Notes: a model not told the origin generated them from the sequence alone. A stretch of 64,000 bases of DNA from Cyanophora paradoxa CCMP329 (GCA_004431415.1 QPMI01000227.1:1-64000), one strand, 5' to 3'. Numbered from the stretch's first letter, positions 36,367 through 50,615 are shown. A program made the numbers and translations.

Positions 36367-36966
36367 AGGTCGCCCCCGTAGGTAGCACAGACCCAGCTCA
36401 AGCTCCTGCGATGTCCGCAGCTAGCATGCCTGTGTTATCAATGCGCTCACCGGCTCCAATGCATCCCGACCGGGCCCCCGGATCGCCCGCGGCCCGGCGG
36501 CGCTCGGAGCGAGCCGGTGAGCCCCGGATCGCCCGCGGCCCGGCGGCGAGCGAACCGGGCACGACGCAATTGCAAAGTGAGCCTCGGTACACGCTGTATA
36601 CGTACATGTGCGGCGTGTACTGCGGGCCGGGAGTCTGCCAGGCTGCGACGGCAAGAGCTGGAGCCGGGCTTTCGATTGCTGAGCCCGGGCGAGACCGCGA
36701 ACACAGCTAGCGCTAGCTATAGTCAAACAGCTTAAGCTTGCCAGACATTGTGTGTCTCGCGCGTACGTAAACGCCGCGCGCAACACGAGTAACCGCCACA
36801 ACAGCCGACGCGGCGCTACGGCAGTTACTTTCGGCTAAGTTGATCGCCTAGTTTAACGTTGCTCGCGGGCGCGCGAGGCGGGTGCGGCGAGGATGTGACG
36901 TGTCGAGATTCGAAGTGCTGGCTAATGTCGACTACAGAACGCACTTCGTTCGCCGGGAACAAAACG

Positions 36967-39125
36967 ATGCCAGCGGACGGCCCCGAAGATCCAGCGCCGC
37001 CGCAGCCGCCGGCGGCGCGCGCTAGTGAAACAGCAAGCGCCACTAGCGTCCTGTGCAACTACCTGCCGGGCCACGTTTCAGGTAGGATCGCGCGTCGCAC
37101 GCACCTCTTCCGTCCCCGCCGGGCACCCACATCATGAACGGTATCAGAGCAAGTCCTCATCGATCTTTTCAAGTCCCATGGTACGATTGAAAGCGCAAAG
37201 ATTGTACGCGATAAGTTCTCAGGTACAGAAGCGTCCTGACCGCGCGGGCCCTGTCCCCAGTTCAGTGCCGGCCACGCGTGCTGACCGCGGGCACACAGGG
37301 AAGTCGCTCGGCTTCGGGTTTGTGAACTTTAGTTCAAAGGAGGAAGCAAGCCAGGCCGTGTCGGCGATGAACGGTACTGCGCGCTGCGCGCGCTTGCGCC
37401 CCCGCCGGCACAGCGAGATGCGACGGCCGCCCGCCACCCTTCCGCAGGTTTCCAGATCAACAGCAAAACGATCAAGGTCCAGTACGCGCGGCCAAGCGCC
37501 GCCGACGGCACCAATACAAATCTGTACGTTCTGCCGATGGCGTGCGTCGAATTTGATCCCATCTTCCCTCATCGAGCCCGGCTCTCTCGCGTAGATATAT
37601 AACGGGCCTACCGCCGCACTTCACTAAATCAGAGCTCGATGCGCTGTTCTCGCCGCACGGCACGATCATTGACAGCAAGATCCTTGTCGGTGCGCCCGAG
37701 CACGTGATTTTCAGTTTGCCACTCGTTCTCCTCACAACTCGGCGACTCGTTACCACGCATATGGCCTCTGCCCAGCCTGCTGTGCGCGTTCTCGCGTCCA
37801 GCCGGCCGCTGACGGGTTGCTGGGCCGATGCGCAGACCTGCAGACGGGGGTCAGCAGGGGAGTCGGCTTCGTGCGGTTTGAGCAGCGGGAGCAGGCGGAC
37901 GCTGCGACAACGGCGCTGCAGGGATTTGTGTGCGAGGGCGGCACGACGGGGCTCGTCATTAAGGTGCCGGGGGCGCAGCGGCAGGGCGCGACCGGGCGCC
38001 TAACGGGGCCACCAGTACGCCGAGAGCGAGACGGACCGTCTGCGGCGGCAGAGGCAGTCCCAGATGCACCACCACGCACACGGCGCCATGTTTCACCACC
38101 CGCACCACGCCTTCCCCCTCGCATCCCCCGCCGGGCCCTCCGCCGCGCCGGCCACCGCCGCCGCCGCTGCTCCGGGCGCCGCCGTGGGCATGGGCGTACC
38201 CCTCGGGATGGGCATGGCCATGCCCTGGGCGGGGCCCCGCGCGGGGCCCCGGCCCATGGGGGCGCACCGCAGGCCCTTCCCCGGCGCCCAGGAGTAAGCT
38301 GCCTCGCCCGCGTCGCCGTCGGAACCTCCTCACGCCCGCGGCAGCTACTCGGGGATGCACTTTGACGGCGGTGCGGGCGGGGAGGTGGGGTGCGGTCTCG
38401 GGGTCGGGGGGAGACGCGCGGCGCAGGGTTCGACGGGCAGGCGGCGTACGTCAACGGCGGCTTCGTCGCGGCGACGGCCTCGGGGGCGGCCGTCGCCCCG
38501 GGCCCCGCCTCGCCCGAGTTCGCCGACGGGCAGGGCGGCCAGGCCTCGGTGCGCGCCGCGCCGCGGGCCGCTAGCGGGCGCGCCGGGGCCGCTGAGCGCC
38601 GCACAGAACTACGTGGTGTACATCTACGGCCTCCCGTACGATTGCGACGAGCAGTGCGCCGGGGCAGGGCGCGGGGCGGGGGCCGGGGCCGACGCCGCGC
38701 AGGCTGTTGTTCAGCCTCTTCGCGCCGTACGGGGAGGTGACCTCGGTGCGCGTCATGCGCGACTTTCGCAACAACAACGCCTGCAAGGCCCGCCTCTGCC
38801 CCGCCCCGCGCGCCCCGCCCCGCCCCGACGCGGCCCATGGCCAGGGCTTCGGCTTCGTCCACATGCCCAAGTACGAGTCGGCGGTGGCGGTGCGGGCACC
38901 CCGCCCCCGCCGCGCCGCCCTCACGTCCCGCCAGGCCATCGCCGCCCTCGACGGCCAGCAGCTCGCCCAAAAGCGCCTGCAGGCGGGTCCCGCCCCGTCG
39001 CCCCGCCCTGCGCCTCCTGAGCCGCGCGGGGCGGCCCGCAGGTCTCGTTCAAGAGCGCCAAGAGGGGCGCCGCGCACGGGAGCCCGGGGGCGCCCGTCGT
39101 CGAGGGGACCCTTCTTCACGCCTGA
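36967..39125 (+). CDS. ELAV/Hu/Sex-lethal-like triple-RRM RNA-binding protein
   Basis: LCNYLP, KSLGFGFVNF, KTIKVQYARPS..TNLYITGLP, GVSRGVGFVRF, third RRM LFAPYGEVTSVRVMRD..CKGFGFVHM..KRLQVSFK. Confidence 0.9.
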
Positions 39126-40583
39126 CCCTCGCCACCTCTGCCCCTCTGCGCCCCAAGCTCCCGCTCGCGGCCGTTGTACCACCCACGCCACCCACAATTT
39201 TCTCCTTCTTTCAATTTTCATCAGAGCACAGTTGTTGTAACACCTTCGAATTCGTCATGTACTAGACGCTATGCATCTGCATGTATGCTGTAAGTAACTC
39301 GATGAACCTTGATCCCCTCAAGCGGCTGGTCCTGCTGTAGTGGCCCATGGCCAAGGGCTCAGTGAACGAAATGGATATCGTGGGCGTGGCCTTGAATGGC
39401 TGCAGCTCAGCGCGCGGGTAGGGCTATCTATAGGGGGACGGCCGGTAGGCCCAGCTGCAGGCTTGAGGCTCATGACCATGATCATCGAATCATGATCATG
39501 ATCAGTGGCCGCGCGCTCTGGATCCCCTCCGAGGCTCGCCGAGTCAGGGGCCCCCGGGCCCGGGGGGGGCCCCGGGCCGACGCCCGCGCGGCCGCGGCGC
39601 CGCCGGCGCCGCGGCGCCGGGCCGCGGCCGCCGCGGCGCCGGGCTTCTGACTCAGTGAGCCTCTCGGAGTCTCGGAGTTCGAAACTTGCAAATTTCGAAT
39701 TCGATTCAATGATTCCGAAGTTCTGTAGTGAGCCAACTTGGCAACGTTCTGCCAGCGCTCAGCGGCTAGCCCGCCGCCGGGCCGGGCCGGCAGCTGCAGG
39801 CCTGAGGCCGCCGGCGGCGCCCGGGGCCGGGCTGATCATGCCATATGAGCTGCCAGGCTGACAGTGAGACCGAACCGCCGCGGCTGCCGCAGTGCCAGGC
39901 TCGGCCCGGACATGTACAGGCCCGGACTCCGGGAGGCTGGCGCCGCGGCGTCGACGTTCAACGCCGAGTGACGGCCCGGCGGCTCAGCGCGGCTGGTTGT
40001 CACAGTCACTGATCATGATCATGATCCGATGATCACCGCGGCCGGATCATCATGGCATCATGGCCGGCATATATGGCCCCGGCATGACTCAGTGATGCCA
40101 TGATGCCGCAGTGCCATGATGCGATTTACTAAGATTTAAATTTTCATACTACGATAGTATCATTGTATCAGATCTAGACACCGTGGCACACTGCCAGCTG
40201 CCAGGCTGGCAGGGCTCAGGCGGCTGAGTGGTGGCAAAAAAAACCTTGATTCAATGCTCATGACTCTGCCAGACTGAGACTCCGAACGGCTGAGCTAGCT
40301 GGGCCTACTCTATTCAAAATGATTCAGTGATTCGGAGAATGGATCGCTACGCTGCGACACGCGACGAAACGGGCATACCTATCTTAGAATACACGGCGCA
40401 AGCGATTGCCTTGAAATATTATAAAAAAAGAGTACGTAAATCTGAATGTCCAACAAAATTTCAGGCCGCAGAACGCGTGCCCCGAAGGCTTGAAAGTGCG
40501 CAAAAGGTGCAGAAGGATGGCCGCGCCGTGGCGGCCGTGAAACTGGATACGGTTGAAATGGCAGATGGGGCGCAGGGGAGAGA

Positions 40584-43224
40584 TCAGGAGGGGGCGAGGC
40601 GGGGCTGGAGCCTGGCGAGGACGCTGCCGAGGAACTGCTTCTCGTCGAAGCGGGCGGGGTCCATGGGGGGCCCCTCCTCGCGCCACCCGCCGGGCGGCGC
40701 CTCCGCTGGAACAGAGGGGTCGGCGAGGGCCGGCACGGGCAGGCCGGCCGCCTCGCAGAGGCCCCACACGATGTACCGGAACTTGGCCGCCAGCTGCCGC
40801 CCCGTCAGCGCCGCGCCCCCGTCCCGCCCCGCGCCCTGCGCCCCGCGCGCCGCACCTGCCCGTACTGCAGCATCGAGGGGCCCCCACCCGCTGCCCCGCC
40901 GCAGGGGGCGCCGCCTGGCGGACCCCCGGCGCGGAGGGCAGCCGGCGGGTGCACGTGAGGGAAGATCGGGGGGAGAGCCGGAGGGGATGCCCCCGAGGCG
41001 GCGGCCGGCAGCGGGGCGAGGGCGGGGAGCAGCGCCGAAGCTTCGCCCGGGGCAGGGCCGAGAGCGGGCGTCGCGGGGGCCGAGTTGCGGGGCGTGCTGT
41101 GCCCGCTCGGCGATGGCGCGGACGCCGCATCATAGCGCAGGCCGCCCGGGCCGGGGGAGCGCATCCCGGGGGGGGCCCCACCCTGGGCGCCAGCGCGCTC
41201 GGCTGAGCGGGGGTGAGGGACGCGGCGGCGGGGCGGCGGGGCGGGGCGAGGACCTTGGTGTCTGCTCTCGCGGAGGCGCTTGACCTCCTCCCACTGGGCG
41301 AGCTCCCCCGCGAAGAAGTCCGGATCGCAGCGCCGCGCGTGGTACTGCCACTGCTCCGCCGTCGGTCACCGCGCGGCGGGGCGGGGCGGGGCGGGGCGGG
41401 ATGGGGCGGGGCACGTTGTAGCCGTTGATGGAGACCTGCTTCTCGCAGCGCGGACACGTGCGCCACGCCGCGTGCTTCCGCGTGTCCGCCGTCGACGCCT
41501 TGCGCTTCGCCCGCCGCCCCTCGCCCGCCCCCGCCTCCACCGCCGCAGCCGGCAGCGCCTCCAGCGGCCCCGCCCGCAGCGCCTCCGCCCGTCTGGCCGC
41601 CCGTCAGCCGGGCCGGCGCCGGCCGCGCGGGGCGCTGACGCACAGGGCGGCGGCGGAGCCGAGGAGGGCGGAGGCGGCGCGGGCGGCTGCGAGGGAGGCG
41701 GCCGGGGAGGTCACGGGCGTCGACGCGCAGCTGCCACCGCCGCTCGCCTGCGCCGCCGTGTGGGGTCAGCCGGCGGTGCGGGGGCCGGGGCGGGGCGCGC
41801 ACGGAGGGGCCGGCGGCCTGCTGGGCGGCGGCGGCGGCGTTGAAGACGGCGGCGAGGGCCGCCGGGTCCTTGATCACGGCCGCCGGCAGCCCGAAGGCCG
41901 CCGCAACCGCCGCCCCGGCCTCCGTCTCCGCCTCACGCCGGGGCCCAGCCCCGCCGCAGCTCGCCGGGGCAGCTGACCAGGTGGCGGGATGCGGGGCGGG
42001 GCGGGGGCTCTCGCGGGCGGGGCGCAAGTCGGGGTCGGGGCGGTGCGGGGCGGGCGGGGCGGCGGCCTCGAGGGCCGAGGCAGCGGCGACAGCCTCCTGT
42101 AGCATGCGCGCGAGCGCCGATGTTCCCTCCGAAGCCTCGCTGCCCCCGCGCCCCGCGGCGAGCTGGGCGCCGCACGCGCCGCCGGGGGCGGGGTGCGGGG
42201 CGGGCCCGCAGGAGGCCGGGGTGGAAGATGGGGTGGAGGAGGCGGGCGGGGCGCCGTTGAGAACGGTGTAGGGGGCGGCGAGGGGCCCCGTCGTCGCGAA
42301 AGGCGGCATCACGTAGGAGCCAGCCGGCTCCGGGAAGTTGTACTGCCGGCCCCTCGGCTGGGCACGGCGGGTCGGGGCGGGGGTGGCGGGCGCACGGTGA
42401 AGCGCTCGTAGGGGAGGAGGGTCTGCTCGTAGTGAAGCTTGAGGGCCCAGCCCGAGTCGCCGCTCGAGGGGAGCCCCAGCAGGTCCGCGATCGCAGACCA
42501 CATCTGCGCTCCCGTCACCTGCCGCACCAGTCAGCCGCGATCACCCGCCCCTCGCCACCGGCCGCCTGCCTCGTGAAAGCCTCCAAGGAGCACCACAACC
42601 TGCACGCGGGTCGAGCGCGTGAGCGCCCAGACCATGAAAAACCGGTGCGCCGGCTGCGCGAGAGCGGTTGATAAGGAAGTATTCACCTTGAAAACTCTGT
42701 ACATGTCGAGCTCCTTATCCTCGAAGCGGGGACAGGTCGGTGGCGCAACCCGGAGGATGTTGGTCCAGAACCGCATTAACGAGATGCGGAAGAGCTCCCG
42801 GTCGGCCTCTTTACTCTGTGAGAAAGAAAAGAAGACATGTGAATTGAATGATCCAGGCCGGGAGACTGCTGGGCGCGCTGCGGAGGATCGTGGGACACAA
42901 GAGGCTAGCCCGAAACTGGCACTGCGCCGGAGGCGGGAAAGCTGCTTGCTGGGCAGGAGATGTATATAAGAATCGTTCGCCGCCGTTTGGGCGGCCGGGG
43001 CGTTGGCCAAGAGCGCCGGGCGGAATTGCATCGACGGGCGGGTTCGCGCGCGGGCCGGCGCGCGAGCCCGGGGCAATCTCTAGACCGTTTGGCATCCAGC
43101 ACTCATGCAACGCACGTTCTCGGCCTCGTTGAAGAGACAGGGCGAGGCCGGAGGCTCCTCCGGACCCTCCTCCATCTTCATCGTGCCGGGCTGCGCGGCG
43201 CCCGCGTTTAGAGGCTCTACTCAT
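40584..43224 (-). CDS. ARID/BRIGHT-domain protein with a putative C2HC zinc finger
   Basis: FRISLMRFW..P.FEDKELDMYRVFKVVVLLGGFHEV..WSAIADLLG..LKLHYEQTLLPYE; TCPRCEKQV..YHARRC. Confidence 0.8.
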
Positions 43225-43528
43225 GGATGAAATCAGACAAAACTCTCACATCAGCCGGCATGCTTCTGTCGGTGCGCGCCGGCTTCACGTCGTTGTGAGC
43301 CGGCCGCGGCGGATGCCGCGACCGGGTGACATCACTGGACTGGCCAAGTGCAGGCGATTCCGCGCGCAGGGCGTGCCCGGCGCTGTTCACTTTGCTTCGC
43401 AACCTCCAAGCAAATGTACCCCGCTTTTCGGACTTCCGACTTCTTTGCTTTCAGCGTAGATCGACACGCGATGTGCAAACCGTCGTTGCTGCGAAAGCTT
43501 GCTCTCTGCGCCGCATGTCTTCTCGCAG

Positions 43529-43985
43529 GACCGCTTCATCCTCGAGTACGAGAAGTGCGCACCCGGACGCCGCCGCCCCCGCCGCGCCCCGCCCTGGCCG
43601 CGCCCGGCGCGGCGTAGGTTCCTTTCGCTGTGCCGGAGGCTGAACGACATCGAGGGGGAGGCCATCGCGGTGCGACGGCCCGGTCCCCAGAGGCGGGTGC
43701 GCCTATAAGATCTATCTATCTGACCGAGCTCTCCCGGCAGTACAACGCACTTGGCGTGGACTTCCAGATGCTCGGAGGTGCGACGGGCCCCTCCCCCGCG
43801 GCTCCCGGCGGCAGGACCGACGGGGGCGGCAGGGGCGGGCACGTACAAGGCGATCCAGTACCACTTGAAGCGCCTGAAGGTGGCGGACGTGGCGGGGAAG
43901 TTCACCGCGCACTGCAAACCTCGGCCTGGCCTACGCCGCCCTCGGCGAGGAAAGAGCGTGCCTGGAGCGGCGCGTGCGGCTTGGG
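43529..43985 (+). pseudogene. diverged, internally deleted inverted fragment of the TPR gene at 61516-62955
   Basis: matches the reverse complement of ~62088-62507 including introns, then jumps to ~61805-61836; +1 frameshift at CACTGCAAACCTC. Confidence 0.88.
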
Positions 43986-44180
43986 AAGGCGCGGGTGACT
44001 CAGCTCCCTCGAACACAGATACAGGACTGTAAGTCAACAAAGGCAGGGCTCGCTCTCCTGGGATTTGGCATCCTTCTTTCTCTAGCCTGCTGTTTAACAC
44101 GAGTATTTTAGGTGTCATCGGCTAGATTACACGAAATTGGTTCCTTTCGGTCGATGAAACAGCCTGAACTTCACTACCTA

Positions 44181-45212
<1,032 letters not shown>

Positions 45213-47123
45213 CTTGTCTTAAGGTTGCTGATGCGAGGTCGAAAAGCGACTACTTGTCTTCAACTGGGGGGATACGACGAGTGCTAGGGGGAGGTAAGAA
45301 GGTTCGCCGGGTACGGCCACATCCGCCTCAGGTCCCCCGTTGCAAATTAGACCGGAATTGCTATCGGCAGCAGCAGCAGCGCGCGCGCGCGGGGCAGTGT
45401 AAACATAGTGCAAAGTCTAAACAGTCTTAGCTTTAATGGTCGATCGCCGGGCCCGAACCCGGCCACCGCGCGCAGCCGCTGAGCTGCATCATGGCATAGT
45501 GCACTGCGGCACTAGTACTAGCCTAGCTAGTAGTGCGCCGCGGCGCATGCGCAGTGCGTATTTTAAATATTTGAACACGCATGCGCAGTACTAGTACTAT
45601 ATAGCTAGTGCGTATTTTTACTAGTACTAGAACGTTCTTCAAGCCGGCACATTTCAAGTTTGCCGCCCGCGCTCGCACATCTTCGAATTCGAATTCCGAC
45701 TCCGAGGGGCTCGTCGAGACCTTCGCCCTTTCAATTTCAAAGTCTGCCGCAGTGCAACGTGAGCATCTTAATTATAAGCTTCGAATTCATGGCTCCACTG
45801 ATCATGATCATATGCATGGCTCAAATTAAAGAAAGATTCTTGACGTGACGTGAATGGGAAGCTAGCGCTTGAAGCCGAGAGGCCTGCCAGGCTGAGGCCT
45901 TGAAGCGCACTCCTCACGACCACTCCCACGCGTACGTCTAATGTGTGCAATGCACATGTACATGAGCAGATGCAGCCCGGTCGCGGCCAGAAATCGAATT
46001 CTGAAAGCTGGAATTCGAAGATGCATGCATATGCGCATTTGTGAATTCGAAGAAGCCTGAAACTGGCTATGATACGCGAAGAATTCTTGCTCATGACTCA
46101 GTGATCATGAGCTGGAAAAAGAACTCGCAGCAGCTCAGGCTGCCAGCCGAGAAATGACGAATTCGAAAGCGACATTTGCATGTTGCAATTGCCCACACTG
46201 ACAAAAGAACTTCGGAATCGGACAGGCCTAGGAGAGCCATGCAAATTAAAGAAGGCTGGGCGGAAATTCAAGAAAACAATTTTCCACATGGATGACGAGC
46301 TGTCGACCCAAACCCCTTGCACCACGCCAGAGTTTCCTGTGAGATTATTCCAGATCCTCTAGATCTGCACGGGTTGACCTCCACCAGACAGCGCCAACCG
46401 GAAATCGAAGAGCGACTCCACCCGCCTCCAACACCAGATCTAGAATTCCTCCACCAGACAGCGCCGCGGCGCCTCCACCACCGGGTTTCGAAGCCTTGAA
46501 GAGCTACATGCATATGCGCAGAACGGAAGCTCCAGCAGCTAGCTATATAGCGCTCACAAACGACTTGGCGATGTGGAGAAGCGCCGTCAATCATGATCAG
46601 ATATAGAGAGAGCAGCATGCGCAGCCGAAACCGCAGTCGAGAGATATCTAGATCTAGAGCAGCTCAAGCTCGAAGTTCAACGGTTATATATATAAATATA
46701 TATAAATATAAATATATATGTATACGTACACAGACCCCCCCCCCCCCCCTCTAGATCTAGATCTAGCCTAGTAGTAGCGCGCGCTAGCTATAGATCGCGC
46801 TAGCTATAGATCCCCCTCTATAGCTAGCGAGCGCGCTATAGAAGCGCATACTACTATAGCTAAGTCAATTTGACAATGGGGGTGTGGTTCTTGTGCAAAT
46901 CGGCCAATAGGATTTCGAGGCCCCAAAGAATCTTCGAACTTCTTCCCCCCCCCCCCCCCCCCCCCGGGTCCGTCTGCACCACTGTGAAAAGTAGAACCTC
47001 GGGTCTTACTCGTTACCGCCTGTGGCGACCCGAGGCTGAAAAGTAGAACCTCGGGTCGTTACCCTTGCTCTGCTCGGGTCGACCCGAGGCTTCTTCAATT
47101 TGAAGCGATATAGAGAAAAAGCA

Positions 47124-47217
47124 GAATCAGAGTTGCGATTACGATCGGAATCAGAGTTGCGATTATGATCGGAATCAGAGTTGCGATTACGATCGGAATC
47201 AGAGTTGCGATTACGAT
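47124..47217. repeat. 24-bp tandem repeat, about four copies
   Basis: GAATCAGAGTTGCGATTACGATCG units. Confidence 0.9.
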
Positions 47218-47221
47218 TATA

Positions 47222-47542
47222 CAGGCGAGGTACAGGCCTAGGTTATTTTGCCGTGCCCTCGAGCTCTGATCCAGGCGGTGCCCAGGCATGAAGCTGGCAT
47301 GCCTTGGTTTGCTTGGAACGACGAGCTTGCACGAATAGCGAACGAGCATGCGTGCAAGATGGCGTCGGGAGAATCGCCTTTCGACCACACTGGTTTTCAT
47401 GAACAAAGATTGTGTTCATTCCCGCTCGGCTGCCGATTCGGGGCTGAGAACCTGTACAAGGATATCGTAAGGTGCGGGAGGCAAACCTGTAGTGCTTGCA
47501 GGGGAGCTCCAACTGCTACCCAGGTGCCCTGCTGACGTTGGC
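47222..47542 (+). pseudogene. 321-bp direct copy of CAP-gene segment 51026-51346
   Basis: identical ORF translations at 47248 and 51052; includes two introns; lacks the start and 3' exons. Confidence 0.9.
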
Positions 47543-47825
47543 GCCGGGGACACTGTGACAATTATCATGAGCAAAATCGAGTTTCGACATCCATCTCCCG
47601 ACCAAGGGCATTACAGCCCAGCTTTGGTGGATTGTGTATCCGATTGCAAGCAAAGACCCTTCAAATTGCTTTAATATATCGGAGTTCAGATTAAACCTAG
47701 GTCGCTGGACTGCGGCCACGCCGTTGCCGCAGTGTACATCCCACACTTGTCCAAAGGCTCTAAGATCAAAGCCCCCTCGACCCCGTTATCAGGGAGTTCC
47801 TGTTGCAACGAGTTGCTGACATCAG

Positions 47826-48356
47826 CTATTCCGCAACACCACGCATGTACAATACGTTATTGCATCTGCGCAAGCGTCGAGATCAACGTTGAGAACAACG
47901 CGGTCACAGCGTGGCAAGCTGCTTAGCTACGCAGTTCAGCGCCGCACCTTATTAGAATCTCGCCGAGAGAGCCCGCAAACTGTCCGTCAATGTACTCCTC
48001 GGCGTTCGCGAGCTGCGCAAGAATACGAAACGCCTTAGAGCGAATCGCACAACGAAATCGATCTGCAATGGCGAACCTGCAAGTTCATGTATGCGTCCGT
48101 CGCGACGAGCACGCCTGCGCGGGAGCAATTGAGGGGCTACGCTACGAGCGCGAGAGTGCCGGCGCGCCCCAACACACCCTTGTACTCCATTCCCCACTTG
48201 AGCTTGACCATTACCGGCTTGCCGGTCAGGGTCCCAAGGAACGGCTTCGGGTTCACGGGGATGTTCTGGCAGGGCGGAGTTAGAGCGTTTCAGCTTTCGA
48301 TAGCGGAGCAGCATGTCGTTCGGGGCACGGGAGGATGCGGGGCTCACCGCAGACAT
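47826..48356 (-). CDS. SNRPF: small nuclear ribonucleoprotein SmF, four introns
   Basis: MSA|[30 protein letters not shown]|[12 protein letters not shown]|[22 protein letters not shown]|CNNVLYMRG. Confidence 0.95.
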
Positions 48357-48518
48357 CGGGATGCTCTTTTACGTATCCCCCCCAACGCCAGAAGTGGCCC
48401 GCGCCTTGCTTGCAGAACAGAGCTATAGCCGTTGCCAGACTAGAGATTGATTGCAGCCAGTGCAGAATCTGCGATCTTGGCGCCCTGATCTTGGCGCTGC
48501 GTCGAAACCGAGCCGGGG

Positions 48519-49105
48519 ATGGAGGAATATAAGGTCGAGCCGATTAAGATCGTCGAGAACACATACAAGCTAGGACCGGATGACCACGAACGGTCAGCAG
48601 GGCTTGCGCTTGCTCCGCCACTTCCCCCGCGCCCTGCGCTCCTCAGTCTGCCCGGCCGCTTGTGCAGGTTCAACCCGTCTAAAGTCAAGCGCGCAATCGA
48701 TGAGATATTCCAGCGAAGGTTCAAGAAGCCCGAGGACGCAGTGTACGATGCGAATACGTCGGTAGAGCTCACCAAGTCCATAACAGATGAAGTGCGGGAA
48801 GCGGTAAAGAGTGCGTGCATTGCTTGCAGCTACATCGCGCAAACTGAGCCTGCCGCCGGAGCGCAGAGCTTTCCTTCAAGCGGCACAAGCTAGTGGTGCA
48901 GGTGATTGTCGGCGAGATGAAGGGCCAGGGCATCCGAGTGGCATCCCGCTGTCTTTGGGATGTTAAGACTGACGACTTCGCCTCTCATTCGTACTCGAAC
49001 GTGCGTTCCTTCTCGTGCAGTCGTTCCCCTTCCCATCTTTTTACGCACTCACTGCAGGCGTCACTCTACGTTGTAGCTATGGTATTTGGCACCTACTACG
49101 AATAA
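48519..49105 (+). CDS. Tctex1-domain dynein light chain (Tctex2/TCTEX1D2-like)
   Basis: ENTYKLGP, RHKLVVQVIVGEMKGQGIRVASRCLWD..DDFAS..N|ASLYVVAMVFGTYYE*. Confidence 0.9.
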
Positions 49106-49788
49106 GATGCATGCTATTCTCACTTCCAATCTGTATTGTTCAATCTCTTTCTGATAGACCCGGGCACGAGGGACTCCGCATCCTCGCTTTGGATCAGAGG
49201 CTATGAGTTGGATCCAATCGCGAGGGCGGCCGGCTGTATTGGTTTTTTCCACCAGGAACTGGCTCGAAACCATAGCTTCTACCTTTGCTCGGGAAAGGGA
49301 GGGAGAAACAGGATACCACGTGCTGTTCAGGAAAAGAGTGTATCCCGCAGGGGCCCCAGAGGGGAGGGGCACCCCGTCTGATGGAAGAGGGAGGCTGTGG
49401 CCAACAACAGGCCTACGAGCTGGGAAGGCCCCAGGCCCGGCCAGGCCCAACTTCCCGGCCCCGGCCCAATTGCAACTCCCGGCCAGGTCACCGCCCCTGA
49501 AATCCAGCAAAGTGCGATGTGCCAGAGGACTCCGCCCCTGCCAGCAAAGTGCGATGTCCCAGAGGACTGTCCCAACAAGAAACCGGTGAAGCAAGCGCCC
49601 AGAGAGACAAAAATGGTGTAATAAAGCTTTCACACGCTTCCAATTCATTACTGACCGGGTACACGTGCAAGACAAAGAGGCGGGACGGTGATGAGGTAGA
49701 CCTTGCATAGTGGTGATGGAAAGAGGGAAGTTGGCTTGTGAAGGATGCGATTAGAACCGGGCGGGCAAGTTCCTCGAGTTATGCGAAC

Positions 49789-50615
49789 TCAAATAGGCTT
49801 GATCTGATCGACATACCAACGAGACCCGTCAGACCAAACCAGAAGGAAAGAAACAGCGAGAGCACCTTGAAGTGCAGGCCGATCAGAGAGAACACAAGGC
49901 ACTTCAAGTCCTGAACCAAGTAGTAGAATATCCTAAGACCCTCGGGGTCTTTCGATTCCTGCACGTCCAGCAGAGACCCAATCTTCGAGGTCTGCCAAGA
50001 CAGGTCGAGGGACGAAGACGCAAAGAGCGGACGGGCGGCTGACCGTAAAGCAGATGTGCTCGTCACCGAGCACGATTTCCAGCTCCTGGCGACCCACCCG
50101 GTCCGGCTGGGGCCAGTTGTTGTCGTCCTCCCTGCGGGCACTTCTCAGCCGAGAGGCGCGTGCATGCGGGCGTACGAGGAGCGCGCACTTCATGATCTCG
50201 CTGTCTTCGATGATGCGCCGCAGCTCCTTCACGACCACCTCGTTCACATAGACTGCGCGACCATTCCCGCGAGGAAGACGGCACCGCAGCGTGAGACGCG
50301 GCTGCTAAATTTCACATTCGAAGACATAACGAACCCTCCTTCCGGATCATCACCTCGTTCTTGTAGTTGGAGTTGTTCGCGTACCGGAGCTTGCCATCAG
50401 GTCGGAACTCGAACTCCAGGAACTCGTGCCCGAACTTTCCCTTGTGTCCGACACTGCGAGCAGAGAAAGACGGAGCAAACACGGGGGGAATCAGCGGACG
50501 CGGCACAAGTCTCGAGACGGGGCTTCGGGGGCTACTTCTACAACTATCGCGAGCTGCCAGGCATTACGCACTAGTAGCGAACGTAGAAGTCACTCGCGGC
50601 CGAGTCGTCCGCCAT
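49789..50615 (-). CDS. MAGOH: Mago nashi (exon junction complex), five introns
   Basis: FYVRYY|[66 protein letters not shown]|IKPI*. Confidence 0.97.

Noticed and set aside
46986-47217. CRISPR-like array
   Set aside because: Only two hairpin units with irregular spacers, the 24-bp array has no spacers, no cas genes, and the context is eukaryotic.
49136-49710. Short ORFs and small duplications between Tctex and Mago
   Set aside because: No recognisable protein or element ends; probably UTR or decayed repeat.
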